Source of the DNA: Octopus sinensis
Lineage: Eukaryota
Length of the DNA stretch: 64,000 nt
Assembly (NCBI RefSeq): GCF_006345805.1
Contig: NC_043003.1
Location: forward strand, 67,084,001 to 67,148,000
Direction: 5' to 3'
Every line of letters starts with the position of its first letter. The first letter of the stretch is position 1. A program made the translations under genes and the position numbers. This document shows, piece by piece, positions 52,970-64,000 of the stretch. Under the pieces are notes generated by a model, which was not told the origin of the DNA, ran no database searches, and was given only the letters and a program-made list of their open reading frames with translations.

Positions 52970-53261
52970 CTATATATATATATATATTATATATATGTTA
53001 TATATATATATAATATATATATATATATATAGTATATATATATATATATATATAATATATAATATATGTATATATATATACATACATACATATATATACG
53101 ACGGGCTTCTTTTAGTTCCGTCTACCAAATCCACTCAGAAGGCTTAGGTCGGACTGAGGCTATAGTAGAAGATACTTGCCCAAGGTGGCATGCAGTAGGA
53201 TTGAACCCGGAACAACGTGGTTGGGTAGCAAGCTTCTTATCACACAGCCACTTCTGTGCCT
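52595..53261 (-). mobile_element. SINE family B interrupted by a short insert and expanded (TA)n
   Basis: 3' half at 52595-52785 and 5' half at 53095-53261, in the same orientation. Confidence 0.8.
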
Positions 53262-53445
53262 AGTAAATATTTACATAAAATCTTCAACCCTAATCGAATA
53301 ATTGTTTTCACCACAGGTATATTTTCTGTTTTCCCTTCAAGATTTTCGTCCAAATTTAGTGATATAATTAGAACGATACCTAAAGGTTAATAAGTGTGAA
53401 TAAAAACCAACTTGCAGTCTCGACTTAGATGTCGTATCATATTAC

Positions 53446-53560
53446 ATATGAGCTGGTAACAAAAAGTTTCCCGACTAGTTGTTTACCTAAGTTCTAACAT
53501 CATCTACTTCGAAATAAAGAGCTTGTACCAACGTTTCTGTCACTTCTGGAATCCAGCTTT
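53446..53560. mobile_element. mariner terminal remnant
   Basis: TATGAGCTGGTAACAAAAAGTTTCCCGACTAG resembles a mariner TIR. The following sequence is the reverse complement of a transposase C-terminus-like region. Confidence 0.45.
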
Positions 53561-54926
53561 AATTTTCATGGCAAGGCAGTCATATTTAACATTCCATTTA
53601 AAAATGTTGTAATGTTCCTCAGATTCCATAATATTTTACAGCACTACAATAGTTGTTTTGGCAGTATGAAGTGTGATATAAGAGTCGCAGATAAGGTGAG
53701 GTAACTCACGTAGATATATCATTTAAGTATTTTTATGTCCAAATTTGACCAAGTGCGATTTTTCTCAATACTTAATTTTGCTTGCAATAGCTAGTTCTTT
53801 TGGTTAAACTATCGTATCTTCAGCAGCTTCAGATGACAAGGTATGAACATTGTCAGTGTGTAGTATGATGGTTTAGCATTTTTCAAAAGTGTAGTAAGTT
53901 CCACATACGACAATTTTGCAAAAATATTTCCGACTGAAAATATCATATATGCATGGAGTTATGATTTTACGCACCCAATAAAGTATTGTTGTTAAGCTGA
54001 AAGTGTTGCTAATGAAAAAAGAAATATAATGGTGAAACTATTTTTTCGCTTTCTGAAAAAGCAACGTTTTGGACTTATGACACTTTTGCATAATAGCAGT
54101 GATATATAATAAACAAGTTACATTAAGATGAGCCATAACTTTGGGACCTATCACAAGATTACCTAGAGTTCTTGACTAATCTAAGTAATATGGTTAGCCT
54201 GGTGGGCCAACAGATAGCTTATGAAGTATTGTGCCCGGATTGATAATACCACACTATTTGTTCTATACATATATATGTGTGTGTGTGTGTATGTGTGTGT
54301 GTTTGTGTCTGTGTCTGTGTGTGTATGTCTGTATATCTGTGACTGTGTAAGGGTGTGATTGTATATGTGTGTGTACGTATAAGCTTACCCATTATGACAT
54401 TGGAATTAATAAGCTACACAGGCACACGGACATATATACAGCAAAAACATCATCGAATACGGAGAGAACACTTTTTTAAGTAGACATACATACATACGTA
54501 CTTAACTGAAAAAGAGAAGAAAAGAAATAACCCAAAATAGAATCCAATGTAAATAGAGTCCATCCATTCAAAAATATATTCACAAAGTAAAACAAGATGT
54601 CCGCCATATATATTCCACAAACTATATGTGAGTGTAGAATACGAAGTATTTTCTGTGTGAAGGTAAATAAGTATACGTACATATACACATCTATAGACAT
54701 GTATATTATTACGCATTTGTATATATATACAGGGCGCGTAAGATATTTCAGGACAGATCTATGTTTATAAAAAAACAAATATATAATAATAAATAATAAC
54801 TTTATCAACAAATACTATGAGGATAAAAATAAATCTTCTCTATAATGTTATTCAACAAAACCACCTTCAGCTTCCTGGTTCATTTTGGACATTTATCTGA
54901 CTCTGGCAACTTTCAAATAATCTTTG

Positions 54927-55026
54927 NNNNNNNNNNNNNNNNNNNNNNNNNNNNNNNNNNNNNNNNNNNNNNNNNNNNNNNNNNNNNNNNNNNNNNNNNN
55001 NNNNNNNNNNNNNNNNNNNNNNNNNN
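54927..55026. other. Assembly gap (100 N)
   Basis: Run of exactly 100 N, a typical placeholder for a gap of unknown size. Confidence 0.99.
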
Positions 55027-55359
55027 AACAGTCCACCTGTGGTTAAAGTTTCACTACACATGTGTGTGTCTGTGTGTGTGTATCTATTCACACAGGCACA
55101 TACATACACACACTATATATATGCATGAGTGTACGCTGGTGTATACGTATGGAAATATTTATACCATGAGAAGTCAAAGTGAACACGTTCATATTAAGAC
55201 AATAAAATAAATTCGTAGAAACATTCTGTTTATTTATATACTAGGTACATTGCCAGCTCGAAAGATGAAACTAATCAAATATTTACAATTAAACATTGCA
55301 ACACATGACAAGGCAATATATATTAGGAAGAGAATTTAGCTGATTCTTTTTAAACTTAC

Positions 55360-55417
55360 TTGTAGTATTCTTCACTTGGTGTCTTCAGGCTAGATGTATA
55401 CAACGTTGATACATTTC
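55360..55417 (-). CDS. Probable SLC6 transporter exon, extracellular loop 2: (G/R)NVSTLYTSSLKTPSEEYY(N/K)
   Basis: Minus strand reads tttttgtctacattgcag|GAAATGTA...GAATACTACAA|gtaagt. The exon is 58 nt, phase 1 in and phase 2 out. TPSEEYY matches the SLC6 EL2 '(S/T)PxEE(F/Y)(W/Y)' motif, whose downstream intron is typically phase 2. It carries an NVS sequon. Its neighbouring exons were not found. Confidence 0.65.
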
Positions 55418-55504
55418 CTGCAATGTAGACAAAAACATATATAACAATCATTTATATATATATCTATATAACTATATATACACAAATATACATAGGCGCG
55501 GTGT

Positions 55505-55922
55505 AGGCGCAGGAGTGACTGTGTTGTAAGTAGCTTGTTTCTCAATCACATGGTTCCGGGTTCAGTCCTACTGCGTGGCACCTTGGGCAAGTGTCTTCTA
55601 CGATAGCCTCAGCCGACCAAAGCCTTGTGAGTGGATTTGGTGGACGGAAACTGAAAGAAGCCCGTCGTATATATGTATATGTATATTGTGTATGTGTGTG
55701 TGTGTGTCTGTGTTTGTGTGTGTGTCTGTGTTTGTCCCCCCAACATCGCTTGACAACCGATGCTGGTGTGTTTACATCCCCCATAACCTAGTGGTTCGGC
55801 AAAAATTGATCGATAAAATAAGTACTAGGAACACAAAGAATCAGTCCTGGGGGTCGATTTGCTCGACTAAAGGCGGTGCTCTAGCATGGCTGCAATCAAA
55901 TGACTGAAACAAGAAAAAGAGT
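55505..55922 (+). mobile_element. SINE family B, full length
   Basis: AGGCGCAGGAGTG...GGGTTCAGTCC...GCACCTTGGGCAAGTGTCTT...GACTGAAACAAG. Confidence 0.92.
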
Positions 55923-56259
55923 ATCTTTGGTATCTTCTTTGCATCCGGCATTTTATCCTTGGTCATGTATATGAATGAAGACATATTCATTCATTTCCTG
56001 CTTTTCTTCACAAAAACGAGAAGGTACATTGCGGCACTGTCGGATGCCCTCTGCATCAGTTCTTGGGTGTCTCACATTTGAGGGCTCGATCCCTGATGTG
56101 TCGAAACAATTGTAGTGATTAATAAAAGCTCTCGTGTCTTCCATCTTCCTTCACTCTTTAACAAGATACACAGCACTGTGAAAATGACCGTCCCTTACTA
56201 GTAAGCCACCAAGTATAAAACATTTATTTTATTATCTAATAAACCTATACATATATAAC

Positions 56260-56330
<71 letters not shown>

Positions 56331-56340
56331 CACACATACA

Positions 56341-56646
56341 TGAAGCACTCCGTCGGTTGCGCCGATGAGGGTCCCAGCTGATGCGATCAACTGAACAGCT
56401 TGCTTGGGAAATTAAGGTGAGCACTCAACAAACACGTGTACCCTCAACGTAGTGCCCGAGGAGATTCAATGCAACACAGTGTGTGACAAGGCTGGCCCTT
56501 TGAAATACAGGTACTAGTCATTTTTGCCAGCCGAATGGGCTGGAGCAACGCGAAATAGAGTGTCTTGCTCAGGGACACAACGCGCCGTCGGGAATTCAAC
56601 TCACGACCTTATGTTCACGAGCCGAATGCCCTAGCCACGCGCCTTC
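56341..56646 (-). mobile_element. SINE family D (head 2 + tail X)
   Basis: Minus strand has the family E-like head (GTGTCCCTGAGCAAGACACTC...GTTGCTCCAGC) joined at GTACCTGTATTTCAAAGGGCCAGCCTTGTCAC to the family C tail ending CCGACGGAGTGCTTCA. Confidence 0.8.
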
Positions 56647-57149
56647 ACACATACATACATACATACATACATACATACATACATACTACATACATACATA
56701 CATACATACATACATACATACAAACATACATGCATATATACATATATATATATCCCAACAGATGATTGCAAACATTTTGGTATTATTATTTATTCAGAAT
56801 TACACCTGTTTCATTTCTACAAGTAGTAGAATAGATATAGGTTATCGACTATTAGAAAATCTTCAGTACATATTTTCTACATGTTGTAACTCTTATTAGC
56901 GAATGAAACACGTGTAATGGTGCATGAATAATACAAAACATGTTTTCCATCTCTTGTTTTGATGCTACTACACTGCAGGAAACATTTCCCTGTATTTTCA
57001 AATAGTATGCATGTGTGACATAAGTACAACAAGTGGAATACTGAAACGAGAAGATATGCTTTACGAGGACACAGTTTGGGTCTTAACCCTATCTACACAC
57101 AACCACATACACGTATACACACGCACACATATATGTCTGTCAACGTAAG

Positions 57150-57197
57150 TATGTATGTATGTATGCGTGTATATATATATTATTTTATATATATATT

Positions 57198-57284
<87 letters not shown>

Positions 57285-57287
57285 TAT

Positions 57288-57350
<63 letters not shown>

Positions 57351-57373
57351 GTATATATATATATTATATATAT

Positions 57374-57425
<52 letters not shown>

Positions 57426-57448
57426 TATTATATATATATATATATATA
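57150..57448. repeat. Long interrupted (TA)n tract, representative of the many (TA)n/(CA)n/(TACA)n tracts in the window
   Basis: Direct inspection. Others include 1634-1765, 2922-3112, 19973-20310, 24708-24818, 52875-53095 and 58555-58700. Confidence 0.95.
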
Positions 57449-57449
57449 C

Positions 57450-57715
57450 ACTTTTTTTACTGCGGCCATGCTGAAATACTGCGTTTCGTCGAACAAGGAT
57501 AGGACTTATTCTTCGTAAGCTTAGTACTTATTGTATCGGTGTCTTATCCCGAACCGCTAAGTTACGGGGATGTTGACATGCAAGGGCTTATTTCAGTTTC
57601 CGTCTACCAATTTGAACTCACAAAACTTTGGTCGACCCAAGGTGCCATGCAGTGGGACTGAGCCCGGGACCATGTTGTTGGTAAGCAAGCTACTTACCAC
57701 ACAGTCACTCCATCA
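57450..57715 (-). mobile_element. SINE family B, internally deleted
   Basis: 3' and 5' blocks of family B are fused. Confidence 0.8.
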
Positions 57716-58537
57716 CCGGCACGGCAACACTTTAATAGAAGTACATTCGATCCTCGTTTTCAAATATAAAGGAACCAGTCAACGACATATATCTCTCTAT
57801 TGGTAGGAAAATTAGTATTGATCTGAGTAAGTTTTTAAACTTACATCAGAGAAAGTCTATCCATCATTTGACCGCAGAACGATTAACATAGATATTTAGG
57901 CTGTACACAGTCTAAGAAATAAACTAATTAGTCTAAGATTTATAAAACACATTCAACGACAAAGAGGATTATCAAATTATTTACAGTTAATTACACACTG
58001 TTTATTGGTAATCTAAAATTAATCTGTCACTTTGTCACATGACGCATTGTTGGACAATTTAAGGTGTCCAATTTAACAGAATAGTTCTTATGCCATGCAA
58101 ATAATTATAAGCTGGTAGCCAAATCGTCTGGAGACATTTGGTACAATTTGTATAATAAAAGTCTCAGTAAAATGGAACGTAACTTGTAGAATCAACTGTA
58201 TGTACTCATTAATGTTTAGAATCAGTGCGGCTAGAATTTGGTTTGCTAGTAAACGTGTGCATTATGTCAAAGCGAATATACACAATTATAAAGAACACAC
58301 GCACGCACTGACAATCACGCGAATACGCATACACGTGTATATATATATATATATATACATGTGTGTGTATGTGTGTGTGTGTGTAAGTGTGTGTGTGTGT
58401 GTGTGCGCGCGTGTGTATGTGTGTGTAGATATGGTTATCTACACCTGAATATACATACGGAAATAGAAATACATATGTATGTTGTAGGCATATCAATGAA
58501 CATTTGAACACACACACAAATGCACACACACATACAT

Positions 58538-58588
<51 letters not shown>

Positions 58589-58632
58589 ATATATATATAC
58601 ACAGACTACACACATATTATATTATATATATA

Positions 58633-58690
<58 letters not shown>

Positions 58691-58710
58691 TATATATATG
58701 CATGTAAGTA

Positions 58711-59375
58711 CGGGGTGTATAAGGTATTTGAGGACATACTTTTTCTGGGTCATGCTGTATTTTTTGCTAGCTCTATATTATCTTTGTTTCAGAAAATAAT
58801 AATGACAGACCTTCTGCTTACTCAAGAAATGGAGAGGCATGATGTTATTGTGGTTATAAGGGCGGAGCTTAGAGATTTAGAAATATCTTGATTTTTAAAC
58901 CTTGCCATATATTTCGTCTACAAAGTTTGTAAGGAGCTAGAGACTGAAAATGGAGAAGCATTCTAAATGTCCTGAAATCATCAGAATACCAGTATTTATA
59001 TGGCAAGTTCCACAAACCATTTATTACAATCCCAGAAATCCCACGAGGTCAATTTCAAAAGATCTCCATTTGTCAGATGGAGCAGTCAGAAATATTGTCC
59101 ACGAAGACATTAGATATAATTTTTATATGACGAGGAAAGGTCAGTTTGTCAGAAAAAGCAAAAGAAAAAAATCATTACATCAGATATAAAGGCTTTTAAA
59201 CAAACTGAAATATCAAACAGAAGATTTGATTTGGTTTTTCTCAAACGATAAAAACTTCGACCAAAATCAAACATTTAACAGAAGAAATGACAGATGGTTA
59301 TCTGTAGACCATTCTGAAGTTTCTAGTGTTATGTATACGAAATTTACCGCAACTGTCATAGTTTTAGGGTAGTCA
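58711..59375 (+). mobile_element. maT-like Tc1/mariner element, 5' part, transposase pseudogene
   Basis: TA-CGGGGTG terminus; MTDLLLTQEM.RH...; SDGAVRNIVHEDIRY..Y..RKGQF; WFFSNDKNFDQNQTFNRRNDRWL...VMYTKF.ATVIVLG (the FSDEK-equivalent first catalytic Asp region). Confidence 0.85.
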
Positions 59376-59674
59376 AGAAGGGTTGTCTCCATAACTAACT
59401 TCTATCTGTCTACTACTTGTTATCTGTTATCTACTTGTGAAGTCATTCACTCGTGAATTTCATCACACACAACATGGACAAAATTTATTCTTAAAAAAAT
59501 ATATATTCAAATAAATAAAACATAATATCATGAATAGCGATAGCGAAACCGGTCGATATATTAAAAAATTATATTAAAACTATGTAAGTGTGCGTATTTA
59601 CCGTTTTTAATTTCTTATTTACATTACAACTCACAACGTGGGGATAATCGAAATTGCTCTTTTCTGTTACTACT

Positions 59675-59734
<60 letters not shown>

Positions 59735-59893
59735 GTATAATTCAAACATATAAGGGATGGCCATAATAGGACATCCGACTCACTAGAAAGAGCAGTTAAA
59801 CTCCAAACCACTAATAGTTGTAATTCTGAAATGGAAAGAGAAATAAGAACGGTTTACCCTATCCTTTACCCTATATATATATATATCTATATC

Positions 59894-59965
<72 letters not shown>

Positions 59966-59966
<1 letters not shown>

Positions 59967-60523
59967 GAGGGTGAGTCAAAAAGTAATGTCATTTTGTTTA
60001 GGCCCGGTATAATTACCAGCACAGGAACATTTATCGTACATCAAAATGAAGCTGGTCCTCTTTCAATCACATCCCTACTTCTCAACATAGTCACCGTTTT
60101 TCTCAATAGCAATGTTCCACCTTCGAATGAGTGCATGTATCCATGCTCCGTAAAATTCTGTTGACTGTTCTTTGAGCCACTTCTTCACTACAGTTTTCAC
60201 TTCCTTGTCACTCGAATAATGTTTGCCTCTCAAACCCTCTTTCATGGAACCGAAGAGATGATAGTCCAGTCACGATGATAGTCCAGAGACAAGGAAGTGA
60301 AAACTGTAGGGAAGAAGTGACTCAAAGAACAGTCAACAGAATTTTACGGGGCAGGGACACATTTGAAGGTGGAACATTGCTATTGAGATAAATGGTGACT
60401 GTGTTGAGAAGTAGGGATGTGATCCCCAGAGAACCAGCTTCATTTTGATGTATGTTACATGTTCCCATGTTGGTAATTATACCTATCCTATACAAAATGA
60501 CATTACTTTTTGACTCAACCTCG
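59966..60523. mobile_element. 558-bp palindromic mariner MITE made of two inverted 3' ends
   Basis: TA-CGAGGGTGAGTCAAAAAGTAATG...CATTACTTTTTGACTCAACCTCG-TA. The ~240-bp arms encode the transposase C-terminus. Confidence 0.92.
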
Positions 60524-61154
60524 TATATATAAGTAGAGAGAGATACAAAGAGAGAGAGAGAGTGAGAGCGGGAGAGAGAGAGTGAGAGCGGAAGAGAGAG
60601 AGAGAAGAGATGTATACGTTAGTTTAGGCTTGTAATATGAGAGTGTGTATATAGTGATGAAGTCAGTGAAATCTAACTTACGTTGGCTCATCTTTGAATG
60701 AATTATTTTCTTTTTCACTACTTAGTAAATATTTTCTTATTCTTTCGTTCTCCTTCTCTCTTTTTCTTTCTTACCTCTTTCTCTCTTAGAAACTTCGCTG
60801 ATGGCTAATTTCATATCTCATCTATATGATGAATGATTTAATTTTGTTTGTAAATACAGTACTTTGTTCATCAGGAATTATTCGGAAATTATTTCTATTG
60901 CTAAATTCAGTAAAACATCTACATAAAATCTACGATTTTCCCTAAGCATCAGAAAGTAATAGTAACCGACATAAAATATACGAAAACAAATATACGATAT
61001 ACAGCAACTCATAATTTTATTTGTTTGTTTATGAGTATATATTCTTATGAATTCCGTTGCTAATTTCCGTCTGTTGTATAAATATATACACGCCAATGTA
61101 TAATATATGATTCATGTTCTTAGTTTGTAAAGTAATTTTGCCTATACATCTATG

Positions 61155-61196
<42 letters not shown>

Positions 61197-61199
61197 TAT

Positions 61200-62062
61200 A
61201 TACAGCAGTGAATAGACTGTCGTCTAAGCTACGCAAAAATGAAAATAACACTGACATCTCATTTTAACAAATATATTTACCCAAATTATATACAAAGATC
61301 TTGGAACACTAAAGAGAAAATTTATTCGATAAAATCGCCGTAGGTTTCAACCTCGGCCTCCAGACGACTTCGGAATCTCCTGTAATTCTCCTGGACGGTC
61401 CCCTTTTATAAGTTGGTGAATGCTACCATAATCCTCGCCTTCAGTTAATCTTTGGTGTTACAGGGAGTTTTGTTGGTCTGTCGCTCAACTGCGACACACA
61501 CATAATAATCAAGGGAGTTGCAGTGGGGAGAGTTTGGTAACCAGATGTTAGGAATGATGTGGTTGCAGAAATTTTCTGACTGCCATAACTGGGTTCACCT
61601 GCGTGTGTAGCATAGTGCAGAGATTTACAGCAGCAACTCTTCTGAGTCAGGGCCACACTCCTTCCTCTGGGGCATTGATGTAGGCATCCGTCTTGAGACC
61701 GTATGGAAAGATGAATGGAGGTTTAATGTCGCGATCACTGGAGATCACTCAAAACACCATGATGTTGACTGGATGTTTGAATTTTATCACTCTTGGTACA
61801 TGTACTCAAATTGCACTGTCCTCAGATTGACACCTATGTACTCTGAAATTTTCGTATTGGAGCTTCCGCCTCAAATGCCAAGCAGTCCACTATGTCATTT
61901 CTAAAGTTAGGCCGAGTGAATTGCGTCATGGTACTGTTTTCCGCACAGACGGTGGCCAACCAACACTACTATATTGTGTAGTCGGCAAAATCACAAACAA
62001 ACCATGCGCATGCGTGAATTAAAGATATTAAATGGCAGCAGTTTACCCATCGCACCATGTAT
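61200..62062 (-). mobile_element. Internally deleted maT element (same family as 42323-42845)
   Basis: Minus translation has VPRVIKFKHPVNIMVF..ISSD...PPFIFP and ...SRLEAEVET.GDFIE*. The termini are related (TACAGCAGTG.ATAGACTGTCGTC / CAGCAGTTTACCCATCGCACCATGTA). Confidence 0.82.
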
Positions 62063-62069
62063 ATATAAA

Positions 62070-62158
62070 CGAGGGGTATATAAAAATGTTTTGAGCTTTG
62101 AAGTCTTGTACGAAGTGTGGTTTTATTGAGGCTCAAGACTTCATACACCCCTCTTATT
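62070..62158. mobile_element. ~90-bp mariner-type mini-MITE
   Basis: CGAGGGGTATATAAAAATGTTTTGAGC and GGCTCAAGACTTCATACACCCTC are imperfect inverted termini. Confidence 0.5.
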
Positions 62159-62182
62159 TATAAGTATATATATATATGTATG

Positions 62183-62216
<34 letters not shown>

Positions 62217-62262
62217 TGAATGTATGTATGTATGTATGTATGTATGTATGTACATATATGTA

Positions 62263-62672
62263 TTGGGTTGGCAACTAAGTTCCCGCCGTTTATTTTAAAA
62301 TTCTCGAATACATTGCGTTTTTAAATTTTGGAATCCTTTTGAATCATTTTTTTTCTAGTTAATTCTTGTTTATTTTCCGATGAATCTATCACTGACATCT
62401 CGTTTTAACAATTATATTTACATTCCAATTAAATGGTAATTTAAATGGAATGTTAAGTTAAGAAAAACGAGCATTTTAGACACCTCCTTCTCTTTGTTTT
62501 TAATCAAGGTTCCAAGGCCGCAAAAGCTGCTCGCGGCATTTGTGCTGTATATGGGTAGAGGCCAATAGCAGAAGGAATCGCTCGGGATTGGTATGCCAAG
62601 TTCAAAAATTGAAATTTTGACCTCAAAGACGCTCCTCGTTCTGGCCGTCCAGTTGATTTCGATGAAGAGCGA
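62263..62672 (+). mobile_element. mariner element 5' part (transposase N-terminus pseudogene), truncated by a SINE A copy
   Basis: TA-TTGGGTTGGCAACTAAGTT TIR; MEC*VKKNEHFRHLLLFVFNQGSKAAKAARGICAVYG...WYAKFKN*NFDLKDAPRSGRPVDFDEE from 62445. Confidence 0.9.
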
Positions 62673-62674
62673 TT

Positions 62675-62825
62675 CTGCTGAGGTCGACTTTGCCTTTCAT
62701 CCTTTCGGAGACGATAAATTAAGTACCAGTTACGCACTGGGGTCGATGTAATCGACGTAATCCGTTTGTCTGTCCTTGTTTGTCCCCTCTATGTTTAGGC
62801 CCTTGTGAGCAATAAAAAAATAAGA
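62675..62825 (+). mobile_element. SINE family A, 5'-truncated, with spacer
   Basis: GAGGTCGACTTTGCCTTTCATCCTTTCGG...TTGTCTGTCCTTGTTTGTCCCC. Confidence 0.85.
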
Positions 62826-62899
62826 AATCAACATACAGTCAAGCAAAGTAGCTAGTTAGAAGGTATCTATAAATCTATAAGTTATGAAAATAGTAATTA

Positions 62900-63172
62900 C
62901 AGTTGTCCCTCGAATATCGGGGGTGATTCGTTTCAAAATCCCGTACGATAGGTGAAAATCTGCGAAGTAGAAAAAGTACTGTACTGCATATTTTTTAATT
63001 ACCTTTATAATTTGCATATATTTTATTTTAAATGCAAAGCAACACCCCGGAAGAATCGACGTAAGTTTGAATAATAAACTGCGATAAGTGAAACGCGATA
63101 GGTGAACCACAATTGGTCAACCGTGATAGGTGAACTGCGATAGGTGAACCGTGATATGGCGAGTGATTACTG
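62900..63172. mobile_element. pogo/Tigger-like MITE
   Basis: TA-CAGTTGTCCCTCGAATATCG...CCGTGATATGGCGAGTGATTACTG, with subterminal GATAGGTGAAC repeats. Confidence 0.7.
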
Positions 63173-64000
63173 TTTACTGAGAAGCAATATTTATCGCTAC
63201 TTTACCATGGCTGTCCCATAGGAACCGTTTCCATCCCCAGGAGTACGCCTCTTTCAACTGGTTATTGATGCAATCTACACTCGATATATATTGCCAGCAG
63301 GGGAGCGAACTCCTACCATCTTCTAGAAACAACGACGGAACTATTAGACCGTTTGTTTTCGAGCTCTTTTTGCTCATCTTCAGTGGTGAACACCCGTCTG
63401 CTAGAAGTATAAGTCGTTCACTCCGGCTCGCAATGTATAGGAAATCATGATCAAGCGACTGTCAGTCACTGATCTTGCAACAAGCCAAGTAGCGAATTAG
63501 GAAATTTCTACAAGAGATTAAAGTAGTTGCTATCATGAGAAGTAATGATTATCGCCACTTCAACATGGCAGTTCTGTAGCATCGTTTTGAACCCCAGGAT
63601 GACTACTCCTCCAGCTGATAATCTTTAGTATTTGCACCTGTTGTATATTGCAAAGCAGGGGAGTAACACCCTATCATCTTCCAATGAGCCGTTTCGAGTT
63701 GGGCAGTTTTCATTTAGTTGATTTTACAGCCACAATTTTTTACCTAAATTTTGGCCATTTGGATATTAGCGTTCTATGACGTCATTTCCTATTTTTGCCG
63801 TTAGAGGTATACGTCAACGTCATGGGTGACGACCTCGTCATATGAGTGACGCAATATACCCTTTGTGCTTTAAATCTTGCCTTGAGTAGGGATATGCATA
63901 TTACTTCCATAATACATTACCATAATTATGGAGGAAACATCTGTTAATATTTATTAATATCAGTTACTATCTTTTTATTCGGTATGATGTGACGTCTATT

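Noticed and set aside
52875-53095. Mirror-like interruptions (TAAT/ATTA, AACAT/ATGTT) inside long (TA)n tracts
   Set aside because: Likely strand-switch or assembly artefacts of self-complementary (TA)n; not interpretable without reads.
54480-54655. Hydrophobic minus-strand segment with cacag acceptor and gtacgt donor, a candidate missing SLC6 TM exon
   Set aside because: No frame gives SLC6 TM4-TM7 motifs, and the phase-2 frame needed after the EL2 exon has a stop.
55027-55058. Possible exon start ETLTTGGL running into the gap
   Set aside because: The acceptor lies in a (TG)n repeat with no pyrimidine tract, and the peptide does not match the expected VLxxSxG. It cannot be evaluated across the Ns.
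55953-56144. 63-aa Cys-containing ORF near the EL2 exon
   Set aside because: It lacks the WxxC...WNTxxC pattern and clear splice sites, and is probably decayed repeat.

Overview
AT-rich, microsatellite-dense animal genomic DNA. Its SINE repertoire and (TA)n/(AAT)n landscape look like an octopod cephalopod (inference from family recognition; no database search was possible). The only host gene I can support is a minus-strand SLC6 (Na+/Cl- neurotransmitter/amino-acid symporter). Four in-frame, phase-compatible exons at 40145-40033, 31335-31198, 28945-28846 and 19553-19453 encode EL4/TM8 to TM11, and there is a probable upstream EL2 exon at 55417-55360. The TM4-TM7 exons and the terminal exons were not found; a 100-N gap lies at 54927-55026. 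Everything else is intronic: several tRNA-derived SINE families, RLE-type LINE remnants (R4/Dong in a TAA repeat, two Hero 3' ends), Penelope-like tails, mariner/maT/pogo/piggyBac-like remnants and MITEs, Helentron-like pieces and many microsatellites. Almost all ORFs in the supplied track are microsatellite read-throughs. The most interesting signal is a composite element at four loci: a tRNA-derived Pol III head, an (AAT)n core, and a Penelope-type tail whose consensus folds as a minimal dimer-type hammerhead ribozyme. Two of these loci are head-to-head inverted dimers, and one of those is bounded by a 12-bp target-site duplication. This suggests a hammerhead-bearing SINE mobilised by Penelope-like machinery. 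Repeat boundaries are hand-placed and approximate.
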